Of a DNA stretch of 64,000 nucleotides, positions 38,369-47,042 are shown one piece after another (within the stretch, counting starts at the first letter, position 1; every line of letters starts with the position of its first letter). A model generated the notes under the pieces. The model did no database searches. It was not told the DNA's origin and saw only the letters and a list, made by a program, of their open reading frames with translations. Origin of the DNA: Candidatus Latescibacterota bacterium. GTDB lineage: Bacteria > Latescibacterota > UBA2968 > GCA-2709665. The position numbers and the translations under genes are program-made. The stretch lies in the NCBI GenBank assembly GCA_965208835.1, contig OZ242358.1:2656001-2720000 (forward strand), written 5' to 3'.

Positions 38369-39742
38369 TCACCGGCCCAGCAGGCCCTGCCCTTTCAATC
38401 TGTGCAGGGTGCGGTCGAATGCGTGTACAACGTGGTCGAGGTCTTCTTCGGTGTGCACGGATGCCGTTATGCCGACCAAGCCATTGAGGTCGACGCCCTC
38501 CAGTTGCATCGCGGCACGGAACGCATCTCTCAACGCGGGATCTGGGGACTTCAGCCTGCGGTAATCATACGTTCCACCTGCTATCCCCTCCAGGCTCTGC
38601 GCCATCGGCCCACTCTCGGGCAGAAATTTGACCCCCGAAAAGTCGCCATAGACGACCCAGTCCACGCCGTGGTCCAAAATAACGGCATTGAGACGGGCGC
38701 GAAGGACGTCGGCGTTCCGGTTTGCGCGCGCGATGTGGGTTCCGTCTTCGATCGCCCTGAGCGTGGCAATCCCTGCGGCCGCGGAAATCGGATTCGCGTT
38801 AAAGGTACCCTGATGGGGCATTTTCCGGCATGTATCCCACTCCCGTTCCCCCCTGAATTCCAGCAGGTCCATGATATCCTGCCGGCCCGTCAGGCAGCCC
38901 CCGGGAAGCCCTCCAGCAAGAATCTTCGCCAGCGAAGTGAGGTCGGGTTTGACGTTGTAGTGGGCCTGGGCACCCCCGGGCGAGCATCGAAAGCCGGTGA
39001 TGACTTCGTCAAAAACCAACAGAACGTCGTGCCGTGACGTTACGCGACGCAGCTCTTCAAGAAAACCCGGACGGAGGGGTACCACGCCGAAAGAGGCGCC
39101 GGTCGGTTCCACAATGACACAGGCAATGTCGTCGTCCCGTTTCAGAATATCCTCGACCTGATCGATCCGGTTCGGCGCACACAGGCAAACGGTATCCGCC
39201 ACTTCGCGAAGAACGCCGGCGGGCACGGGTTCGTCGAAGGGCGGCAACACGCCCACGATGAGGTTGTCGTGCCATCCATGGAAGTGGCCGAAGAATTTGA
39301 GGACCTTACGCTTTCCGGTAAACGTCCGCGCCAGCCGGAGCGCCATCAGCGTCGCTTCCGTGCCGGAGCTTGTAAATCGCACGCGTTCGGCGGAGGGGAT
39401 GAGTCTGGTGACCCACTCACCCCAGTCCACTTCCAGCTCGTGACACGCACCATAGTGAGTACCACGCGCCACCTGTTCCGATACTGCGGCTACCATATCC
39501 GGGAAGCAATGACCCAGCAACAGCGCCCCGTGCCCCATCCACAGGTCCACGTACTCCCGGCCGTCCACGTCCCATTTGCGGCCCGCCTCGGCGCGATTCG
39601 CATAGATGGGAAACGGCGCATAGTACCTTAAATCGTGGGTCACGCCGCCCGGAAAGATCCTCGATGCTTTTTCGTAAAGCGCCCGGGACCGGTGAAGCGT
39701 ATCTCCGAACTCTCCGTCTATTCCTTTAACCAATTCTTCCAC
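38369..39742 (-). CDS. Class III aminotransferase (GSA-aminomutase-like)
   Basis: SSGTEAT, FHGWHD, FDEVITGFR, LAKILAGG (PLP lysine), GTFNANP. Confidence 0.88.
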   Translation of the reverse strand: MEELVKGIDGEFGDTLHRSRALYEKASRIFPGGVTHDLRYYAPFPIYANRAEAGRKWDVDGREYVDLWMGHGALLLGHCFPDMVAAVSEQVARGTHYGACHELEVDWGEWVTRLIPSAERVRFTSSGTEATLMALRLARTFTGKRKVLKFFGHFHGWHDNLIVGVLPPFDEPVPAGVLREVADTVCLCAPNRIDQVEDILKRDDDIACVIVEPTGASFGVVPLRPGFLEELRRVTSRHDVLLVFDEVITGFRCSPGGAQAHYNVKPDLTSLAKILAGGLPGGCLTGRQDIMDLLEFRGEREWDTCRKMPHQGTFNANPISAAAGIATLRAIEDGTHIARANRNADVLRARLNAVILDHGVDWVVYGDFSGVKFLPESGPMAQSLEGIAGGTYDYRRLKSPDPALRDAFRAAMQLEGVDLNGLVGITASVHTEEDLDHVVHAFDRTLHRLKGQGLLGR

Positions 39743-39867
39743 AACAGGTTATCTCTCTTGTTTAATGTTGTTGTCTACGAATGTCCGAGAACGACCGCCG
39801 CCCTGCGAACGATTCAAACGGAAAAAATAACGAACACGGAAGAAAAAGCAAACGGCAAAATCCCACG

Positions 39868-41961
39868 TCATGCCGGAGACTGCAGCGGGTAAGCGAATGT
39901 CCGGTCGGCATCCACGCCCGAGAGGTCCGGGACAACCTCCGACATGGCCCAGAAATGCGTCTCAGTCCCCGTGTGTACCAGGAATCCGGGGGTCCCTCCC
40001 GGGCCTTCCCTTCCAATCGCCTCGACGCGGCGGACCGAGGGCTCCGTGTCCCAGTGATGGATAAGCCCGACAAAGGTTGTCTCGCAGGCGGTTCGACGGC
40101 GGATGAGCAGATCGCCCGTTTCGGACGCGGACTGGAACGGCGCTTCTCCCAGGATGATTCGCGTGGCCCCGTCTTCAGGCAGGAATGCCCCCACCCCGCC
40201 CTTCGGCAGGCCCCATTCCAACGATACCATTTGCTCGGGTGCGAATTCAACCGGCTGCCGGACGTGGGCATATCCGTCGCCCGAAAGTGAAATCGACCCG
40301 CGACGCGACAGACCCGAGTGCCTGCGACGATGGGTCTGAAACCTGCAGACCCAGTCCAACTGGCATTCCTGCGGCGCCGCCACGTGGAACACATCCCAGA
40401 AATATGAATCCGTCCACAGAATTACCCGACGCATCGTAACCCCGGCGTAGAAGTCATTCTCCCACGTAACGCCGGCATCGACCACTTCGAAGCCGCTCGT
40501 TCGTTTTGCATCGAATCTCACCAATCGCCCTTCCGCCGGAGGCTGGGAGCGGCCGTTTATCGTTACGGTGTTGTGGCTGAGCGTCTGTCGATACCAGCTT
40601 TCGTTCAGGCCAACGCCGTATCCGGGCGTGCCCAGGTCCGTCGCGACCGGGCTTCCGCGTGCGTAGAAGGAAACGGAGAGTTTGTCGGGATGTCCGTGCC
40701 CGCCGCCGTGCGGGCCGTATTTCAGCAACACGCAGCTCTGCCGGTGGTGGGCCTCGCTCGACCTCAGGATGGCCAGTCCGGACGGCTTCAGAACGGTACT
40801 CCCGGTGTCGAGTCCGCCGCCGGAACCCGGCAAGTCGGCTCCATACAGCAGCGCTTCCACGGTCGTTCGTGCGCGCGCTTCATAGTTGCGTTCGAGAATC
40901 CGGGCGAAATCCGGTTCTCCATACCACCCGTATGCCACCTCGTAAAAGGATTCCGCCGGCGGCACGCCGTGGCAGACGTCCGACAGCAAGGAAGAGAAGT
41001 ACCAGCAGTCATTGGTGGCTGGAAGCCTGAAATCGGGAAACACCAGCGAGACGGGCGCGCGGAACATCGCCCGGAGCCTGTCGTCATCGTGCAGACCCGC
41101 GCCGACGTTCTCCGAAACCTGGATGTGGGCAATCAGGGCGGCGAGGGTATAGAAGTGGTAACTGGATGAACCCTCCCACCACATGCCGTCGTCCAGTACA
41201 CCCTCGCGCAACTGGTGGTGGAAGCCGAACCTGTCCTCGAGGGCCATCTTCTGAAACCCTGCGTCGTCCAGGCAGATTCCGACCGCCGCGATAGCCGCAT
41301 TGTGCCAGCATTCAATGTTGTGAATGCGGTGGAACTTCTGGCCCCGAATATGCTCAGCCGCAAGGGCGAGCAGGTTCGTTTCGATCTGCGTCCGCTCGTG
41401 GGCATTCAGGTTCTCCCGAACCAGATCGTAGGCCATGGTTATGGGAATCAGCCACACAGCTTCGTCAAGTGAGTGATTCGCCACCTTGCCCCAGCCGTAA
41501 GGCAGTTCCCGCTCAATCGGATACCCCGGATATCGCTCCGCGTAAGCCAGAAGAATCTCTCTGCAACGTGTCAGATATGCGCCGTTCCCATCCAACTGCC
41601 ACATCAGCGCGAGCCGGTACGCCATGTTGGAGAGTCTGTTGTTGACAAACCAGCGCCAGGCGGAATCGTACGGTTCGCCGGAAAAGACCCGCCCGTCCCT
41701 GGGACATCGATGCGCATGCGGCGATTCGGCGTCGAACGCGAGTTCAACGGCGTGATCCGGGCAAAAGTAATTGTGGTAGTATCCCGCCGGTCGATCCTGA
41801 GGTTGCATTTTATCGCAGAGGAAAGCCCTGGCTTCGGATTCCAGTTGTCGGTAGGCAAGGTGGTATGCCGGGTTCGACCTGCGTTGCCTCGCCCTTTCCA
41901 GGCGACTGCAAGAGATCAGATTCATCGCACGATCAATCCATTCGGAAAGGCCGTTTGCCAC
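39868..41961 (-). CDS. Heparinase II/III family, oligo-alginate-lyase-like protein
   Basis: HNIECWHN, WWEGSSSYHFY, HGHPDKL, YRQTLSHNTV; start uncertain (41961 GTG or 41925 ATG). Confidence 0.82.
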   Translation of the reverse strand: MANGLSEWIDRAMNLISCSRLERARQRRSNPAYHLAYRQLESEARAFLCDKMQPQDRPAGYYHNYFCPDHAVELAFDAESPHAHRCPRDGRVFSGEPYDSAWRWFVNNRLSNMAYRLALMWQLDGNGAYLTRCREILLAYAERYPGYPIERELPYGWGKVANHSLDEAVWLIPITMAYDLVRENLNAHERTQIETNLLALAAEHIRGQKFHRIHNIECWHNAAIAAVGICLDDAGFQKMALEDRFGFHHQLREGVLDDGMWWEGSSSYHFYTLAALIAHIQVSENVGAGLHDDDRLRAMFRAPVSLVFPDFRLPATNDCWYFSSLLSDVCHGVPPAESFYEVAYGWYGEPDFARILERNYEARARTTVEALLYGADLPGSGGGLDTGSTVLKPSGLAILRSSEAHHRQSCVLLKYGPHGGGHGHPDKLSVSFYARGSPVATDLGTPGYGVGLNESWYRQTLSHNTVTINGRSQPPAEGRLVRFDAKRTSGFEVVDAGVTWENDFYAGVTMRRVILWTDSYFWDVFHVAAPQECQLDWVCRFQTHRRRHSGLSRRGSISLSGDGYAHVRQPVEFAPEQMVSLEWGLPKGGVGAFLPEDGATRIILGEAPFQSASETGDLLIRRRTACETTFVGLIHHWDTEPSVRRVEAIGREGPGGTPGFLVHTGTETHFWAMSEVVPDLSGVDADRTFAYPLQSPA

Positions 41962-42079
41962 ATCGCCGGCCGGCCATTATCTTGTGGAGCATCCGATCGG
42001 CTCGAGCGCCGCAAGAGGGCGGTTCCGGGCATCGAATGCGAGCGGTCCACGGGTAACCACACGTCTTCCTGGTTCTTCT

Positions 42080-42712
42080 ATGTCCGACACCATACCGGAG
42101 GTCCTGATTACCGCCGAAAGAATCGAGGAGAGGGTCCGTCACCTGGGCGCCACGATATCGTCGGATTTCCGCTCGGACGGCGCCGCCTCCCCGGATCGCA
42201 CTGAAGATCAGTCGATGGGCGGTACAGAGCGGCCACTCATCCTTCTGGGCATTCTGAAAGGCGCCCTCTTCTTCCTCGCGGACCTGTCCCGGGAAATCTC
42301 CGTCGCGGCCGAGATCGAATATATGTCCGTTGCGAGCTATGGAAAAACGACGAAGAGTTCCGGCGTTGTACGGATCCTGAAGGATCTGGATCGGGATATC
42401 GCCGGCGCCGACGTGCTCCTTGTAGAGGACATTGTCGACACGGGCCTCACACTGGAGTATCTTCTGCGTATTCTGGCGACCAGAAGCCCGCGAACCTTAA
42501 AGGTATGCAGCCTTCTCAACAAGCCCGCCCGTCGAGTCGTGGAAGTGCAGGTCGACTACGTCGGCTTCACCATCCCGGATGAATTCGTCGTCGGATACGG
42601 CCTGGACTACGATCAGCGCTACCGGAATCTCCCGTACATCGCGTCATTGAGGAATCTTGAGACGTCGGGACAACAAGATCGCACGACACCGCCGAAAAGA
42701 ACCGGACCTTAG
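42080..42712 (+). CDS. hpt: Hypoxanthine phosphoribosyltransferase
   Basis: GILKGA, VLLVEDIVDTGLT, FVVGYGLDY..YRNLP. Confidence 0.94.
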   Translation: MSDTIPEVLITAERIEERVRHLGATISSDFRSDGAASPDRTEDQSMGGTERPLILLGILKGALFFLADLSREISVAAEIEYMSVASYGKTTKSSGVVRILKDLDRDIAGADVLLVEDIVDTGLTLEYLLRILATRSPRTLKVCSLLNKPARRVVEVQVDYVGFTIPDEFVVGYGLDYDQRYRNLPYIASLRNLETSGQQDRTTPPKRTGP

Positions 42713-42752
42713 GAAGCTCTCGGAGTAGCCTCGCTCGCTGAAACGCGGTCAT

Positions 42753-42833
42753 TGAGCTTGTCGAAATGCCCGCGTTTCACGATCCGCAAGGGGCCAATCT
42801 ACATCCCTTCGCCGACCCTTCGACAAGCTCAGG
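42753..42833. repeat. REP-like inverted pair
   Basis: TGAGCTTGTCGAA (42753-42765) and TTCGACAAGCTCA (42819-42831) between convergent hpt and UDG genes. Confidence 0.65.
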
Positions 42834-42916
42834 GAGCGGCTTAGGGATTACACCCTGGTTCCTCAGCCCGTGGAAGGGTTGCCGGACAAGCGACTCGTCG
42901 GTTGGAATCAGGCTAT

Positions 42917-43678
42917 CTACGTCCGGGACAAAACACTGATCCCGCGATTCCGGTCTGGATCCGCAAGCAGGCGATTCACCGTCTCGAACAATCCTTCAAC
43001 CATCGGTTCCGTGAGCCTTCCCGTATTTATATTGTAACGGCTGAAGTGGTAACTGGCAACCAGAATCCTGGAATCGCGGTCGAACCGATACGTCCTTCCG
43101 TGCACGAACCGGTAGCGCCCCGGCCTCTCGACAATTCCGTCTTCCTTCAGAACACGCAGATAGGCCTCAAACGCGTCTTTCCCCATAGAGAGCACGACGC
43201 GAATCCGCCTCAATCGCTGCGTTTCCATTCGCAGCCAGCTCCGGCAGGCGCGTTTCTCGCTTCCGTTCGGCCTGTTCTCGGGCGGGACACACTTTACGGC
43301 ATTCGTAATGTAGACGCCTTTGAGTCTAAGACCGTCGTTCGCGTGGCTGGATTCCGATCGATCGCTGAATCCGTGCCGGAATAGCGCGCCGTAGAGTACC
43401 CGACCGGCATAGTCGCCCGTAAATGGCCTGCCGGTGCGGTTCGCCCCGTGGGCGCCCGGCGCGAGACCGATTACAAGCAGCCTGCCCGATGCATCGCCGA
43501 AACCAGGCACCGGTTTTGCCCAGTAGTCGTCAAATTCCTCATGCCGTTTTTCTCGCGATTCGAACGTCTTCCGGAAGTCGACCAGCCGTTCGCAGTTGCC
43601 GCACGCTGCGATCTGTTCAAACAGCAGCCGTTCCCCGCCCGCCTGGAGACGGGCGCCGCGCCTCGATCTGGAGCCCAT
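42917..43678 (-). CDS. Uracil-DNA glycosylase family 5 (UdgB-like, Fe-S)
   Basis: CGNC, GLAPGAHGANRTGRPFTGD, KCVPP, YHFSRYN. Confidence 0.9.
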   Translation of the reverse strand: MGSRSRRGARLQAGGERLLFEQIAACGNCERLVDFRKTFESREKRHEEFDDYWAKPVPGFGDASGRLLVIGLAPGAHGANRTGRPFTGDYAGRVLYGALFRHGFSDRSESSHANDGLRLKGVYITNAVKCVPPENRPNGSEKRACRSWLRMETQRLRRIRVVLSMGKDAFEAYLRVLKEDGIVERPGRYRFVHGRTYRFDRDSRILVASYHFSRYNINTGRLTEPMVEGLFETVNRLLADPDRNRGISVLSRT

Positions 43679-43865
43679 GGCTTCGCCTTCGGTTCGTTGA
43701 GTACGCAGGCCTGTCGACTCGCCCCGTCACGGCCGCAACCGAGTCCGGTTTCATTCGTCGCGAAGGGGTTGCGAACCCCGGTACACCGTGCGCCGGTTAT
43801 CGATGCCCGGGCAGGGATTGTCCTGCGGATGCCACACGCAGTAGAACTGTTGGCGAGGGCCATGC

Positions 43866-43898
43866 AAAAGAGGCGGTCCCGATGGGGCCGCCTCTTTT
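43866..43898. terminator. Intrinsic terminator downstream of the glutaredoxin gene
   Basis: AAAAGAGGCGGTCCC-gat-GGGGCCGCCTCTTTT. Confidence 0.75.
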
Positions 43899-43922
43899 AT
43901 GGATCAATCTGGACCCTGTACG

Positions 43923-44285
43923 TCAATTTCCCGTCCTGTTATTGAAGAAAACCACCTCTTGAGACCTCGCCATGGCCTCGTGTTCCTCGTCCGTACAGGC
44001 ACTGTCCGTGGGAACACCGGGTTCGGGGCCCGCCGGCCGATATCCGTTATTGACCAGATAGGCTTCCAGTTCCTCCCCGCTGATATCGGCAAGAATCTGC
44101 CCGTCGAAGTCCAGCGTGGGCTGCAGAGGCTGGCCACTCTTGCGAACCATTTCCTCGTAGTTTTCAGGTACGTTGATAATGTCCTTGTCTTGGTATTCGA
44201 GCCCGTATTTGGCCAGCACCGCCCGTATGCCCCGGCTCCATCCGCATTGGGGCTTAAGGTAAGCGGTAATCGCGGGGTTACCCAT
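43923..44285 (-). CDS. Monothiol glutaredoxin-like protein (CGWS)
   Basis: YLKPQCGWS, SGQPLQP; AAGGAG RBS. Confidence 0.8.
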   Translation of the reverse strand: MGNPAITAYLKPQCGWSRGIRAVLAKYGLEYQDKDIINVPENYEEMVRKSGQPLQPTLDFDGQILADISGEELEAYLVNNGYRPAGPEPGVPTDSACTDEEHEAMARSQEVVFFNNRTGN

Positions 44286-44529
44286 TTGAATTTCTCCTTT
44301 TCCGTGATTTATCGACCGGAGAACAACATTTCGAGTGCCCAATTAACATAACGAACTTTCCCTGAATTCGCAAGTCCAATCGCCATCCGGTGCGGCGGTC
44401 CGGAATGGTGAGGGTTCCCGGTTTCGCGGGATTGCGTTCGGGCCTGCCCGCTGGGCAATCGTGTCCAGGTCCTGCAATCCGGACCCGAACAGCCAGCACA
44501 GGGCATTGGACCGGAAGCCGAGCTGCAGG

Positions 44530-44832
44530 TTATTCAGCGGCATTCACCGCGCCGGCAAAATCGAGGTCTGCCCGGGTGACGGCGTTTTCGCTGTGAGTGG
44601 TCACCGTGACCGTGAGGGTCTTGCTCCTGCTGTCCAGATTGAGGTCCGAGTGATGGTTGTTATGGTCCATGACCTGGGTAATCGTGCGCACGAATGCCAT
44701 CGTCGGGACAAACTTCTGGAACTTCCATACCCTCTGTAGCGCCCTGTTTTCCCGATCGTATTCCCAGCCTTCCAGATCCTTCAGCGCTTCCCGGATTTCA
44801 TCCTCGGTCACCAGAGTCTTGTCCTCGTGCAT
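44530..44832 (-). CDS. Pterin-4-alpha-carbinolamine dehydratase
   Basis: GW..., DHNNHHSDL, TTHSENAVT..D. Confidence 0.85.
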   Translation of the reverse strand: MHEDKTLVTEDEIREALKDLEGWEYDRENRALQRVWKFQKFVPTMAFVRTITQVMDHNNHHSDLNLDSRSKTLTVTVTTHSENAVTRADLDFAGAVNAAE

Positions 44833-44977
44833 AGCGCCCTCCCTGAAATGATGACGATACTGTAATTTGCTGTGCCAGCCCGCGCTCGCGTCGCCGTCCG
44901 GCCCGGCCGAGCGTCGACCGGCCAGCCGGCTGATGCGCGGGCAACCGGATTCAATATACCAAGATTCCCCGGGCCGA

Positions 44978-45589
44978 TCAATCCCCGCAGAGGATGCCGG
45001 CGGTTGAGAGCGCGTCGCTGTATTCCTCGGGCGTGTTGATATTTCGCAGCGACTCAAGTTCAGGATCGACGTTCCGTAAAGCGGAACCGGCCACCCTGCG
45101 GCAGCAGCAACGCTCCGTCAACGTCGTGAGTCTTAATGTGCCGGCATCCAGCATATCATGAATCAGAGGCAATACCGACACGCGATAGACGGCCGCAAGC
45201 GGATGCAGACGGCCGTTGGCGTGCGGCACGGTGATATCCGCGTCACTTGCCATTTGCACCAGGCGACGTATGAATCCCGGACGCAAAAAGGGTGCGTCGC
45301 AACCGCAGACGAATGCCGCGTCAGCATGCGGGGAGATCGCTTCGAGTCCCGACGCCAGTCCTTCCAGCGGTCCCCTGTCGGACACCCGATCGTGAACAAC
45401 GCCAACGTCCTCCGGAAGGCGCGGCAGTCGTTGCCCCGGCGCAGAAACCGCAAACACGGGCCTTAGCGTGGCCGGGAGCATCCGGACCACACGCTCCAGC
45501 AGGTACTCGTCGCCGAAACGCAACCAGGCCTTGGGACTGCCCATTCTTCGGCTTCGTCCGCCGCACATCACGAGGGCGCCGACTCTCAT
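44978..45589 (-). CDS. mobA: Molybdenum cofactor guanylyltransferase
   Basis: MCGGRSRRMGSPKA, GPLEGL, CDAP, HPLAAVY, NINTPEEY. Confidence 0.9.
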   Translation of the reverse strand: MRVGALVMCGGRSRRMGSPKAWLRFGDEYLLERVVRMLPATLRPVFAVSAPGQRLPRLPEDVGVVHDRVSDRGPLEGLASGLEAISPHADAAFVCGCDAPFLRPGFIRRLVQMASDADITVPHANGRLHPLAAVYRVSVLPLIHDMLDAGTLRLTTLTERCCCRRVAGSALRNVDPELESLRNINTPEEYSDALSTAGILCGD

Positions 45590-45590
45590 T

Positions 45591-46022
45591 TCAGATATCC
45601 AGAACGACAAACGCGCGCCAACGTCCGTCGACGCGTTCCACGACAAACCTGTGGAGTGTGACCGCCTTCACGTCGACGACCAGATCGTGGCGTTCCATAT
45701 CCAGCTCCTCTCCAACAAGGTCTGCCGACACCGTGCAGATGCCCTCACGCGCTTTCGCGACGACGTTCGCGGGCCGCAGAAGAAGCCGATTCGCATCCTT
45801 GAAGAAGATTACTTCCTGCAGAAAGTCGAACAGCAGCAGGTCGGGTTCTTCGGCCTCGAGATTCACAGTCCGTCGTTCCCTGATCGCCACGGAATCCAGG
45901 TCTGATACCATGACGTTCAGCGTCGCTTCCGCGGCCGCGGTCAGAACCCCGGCGAGATCTTCGCCCCAGGCCTCGAACGCGACGTCCGCGATTGCTATAT
46001 CTTCGATAAATCGATATGACAC
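45591..46022 (-). CDS. Archease
   Basis: YRFIEDIAIADVAFEAWG...DVKAVTLH...VVLDI C-terminus. Confidence 0.92.
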   Translation of the reverse strand: MSYRFIEDIAIADVAFEAWGEDLAGVLTAAAEATLNVMVSDLDSVAIRERRTVNLEAEEPDLLLFDFLQEVIFFKDANRLLLRPANVVAKAREGICTVSADLVGEELDMERHDLVVDVKAVTLHRFVVERVDGRWRAFVVLDI

Positions 46023-46051
46023 CGCAACATTCCTTCCCGGGAAAGACGGTT

Positions 46052-46939
46052 CTACACCAGACATGCTTCGAGTTCGGACAGGACGCGCACCCGTGCTTCC
46101 GCCGCCCCCCTGCCAATGAAGACGAGTTCCGTACGGTCCGCCTCAAAGGGTTCCAGCGCCCATCTGCCCCCCGCGAAATTGAAGAGAAACGCGGCTTCGA
46201 CACACCGCAGGAATCCCTTCGAGCGATAAACCGCTTTCGGCATATTCTCCGCCAGGCGTTCGAATTTTTCGCGGTCCACGGGCCTGTCGGAAACGAAATC
46301 GAAGCTGTCTACTTCCGCAAGGTCGCTGTGGCTCGACGGCGCGCGCAATGGTCTCTGCCCCGTGTTAACGGCGCCGAAGACAAGCCCGGTGTCGAGCGCG
46401 CATCTCAGGGTGCGCACGACCGACGCGTCGGGATTCACCCGCCTCAGTTGCGCTTCGACCGCGTCGAGCTGGCAGGGCGAGACGAGGTCCACTTTGTTCA
46501 GCAGCAGCAAATCCGCGGCTTCAAACTGCGTGGTCGTCACGTATCCCAGATCGGGAAACCGCACCATCAGGTCGGCGTCCGCGACCACCACCACGCTGTC
46601 CAGACGGATGCCCTGAAGATTGTCCTCCACGTCGAAAATGACCGCGTCCGGTTCCGCAACGCCGGTGGTTTCAACGACAATGAGTTCGGGGCGCACCGTC
46701 GCGACGATCTCCTTGACCGCTTCCTCGAATTCCCCGGCCAGCGAACAACAGACGCACCCTCCGGCCAGTTCGGTCATTCGGATATGTTCGCCCTCCACGA
46801 CCTTGCTGTCGATGGCGATCTCTCCGAATTCATTCATCAGAATCGCGATCCGCCGGTCGGCACGCGTTACGAGGTGGCGCAGCAGCGTTGTCTTGCCGCT
46901 GCCAAGCGAACCCGCGATCAGTATCATGGAGATCTTCAT
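46052..46939 (-). CDS. COG0523/CobW-family G3E metal-binding GTPase
   Basis: GSLGSGKTT, NEFGE, GCVCC, ETTG, NKVD; CobW_C motifs YRSKG and LVFIG. Confidence 0.92.
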   Translation of the reverse strand: MKISMILIAGSLGSGKTTLLRHLVTRADRRIAILMNEFGEIAIDSKVVEGEHIRMTELAGGCVCCSLAGEFEEAVKEIVATVRPELIVVETTGVAEPDAVIFDVEDNLQGIRLDSVVVVADADLMVRFPDLGYVTTTQFEAADLLLLNKVDLVSPCQLDAVEAQLRRVNPDASVVRTLRCALDTGLVFGAVNTGQRPLRAPSSHSDLAEVDSFDFVSDRPVDREKFERLAENMPKAVYRSKGFLRCVEAAFLFNFAGGRWALEPFEADRTELVFIGRGAAEARVRVLSELEACLV

Positions 46940-47001
46940 TCAAACGTATTCCTTCGAACGGCCGTCCTTTGTCTGCTCAGGTTCAGGCGCACGATCGCGG
47001 C

Positions 47002-47036
47002 CGGCCTCGCCTGCGAGCGACTCTATCAACGGACTG
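47002..47036 (-). mobile_element. Truncated MITE family A end (copy 3)
   Basis: Reverse complement CAGTCCGTTGATAGAGTCGCTCGCAGGCGAGGCCG matches the left end of the 16840 and 49489 elements. Confidence 0.6.
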
Positions 47037-47042
47037 CGAGGG

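Noticed and set aside
38369-39742. Assignment as hemL
   Set aside because: Class III aminotransferase motifs alone do not establish it, and no tetrapyrrole genes are adjacent.
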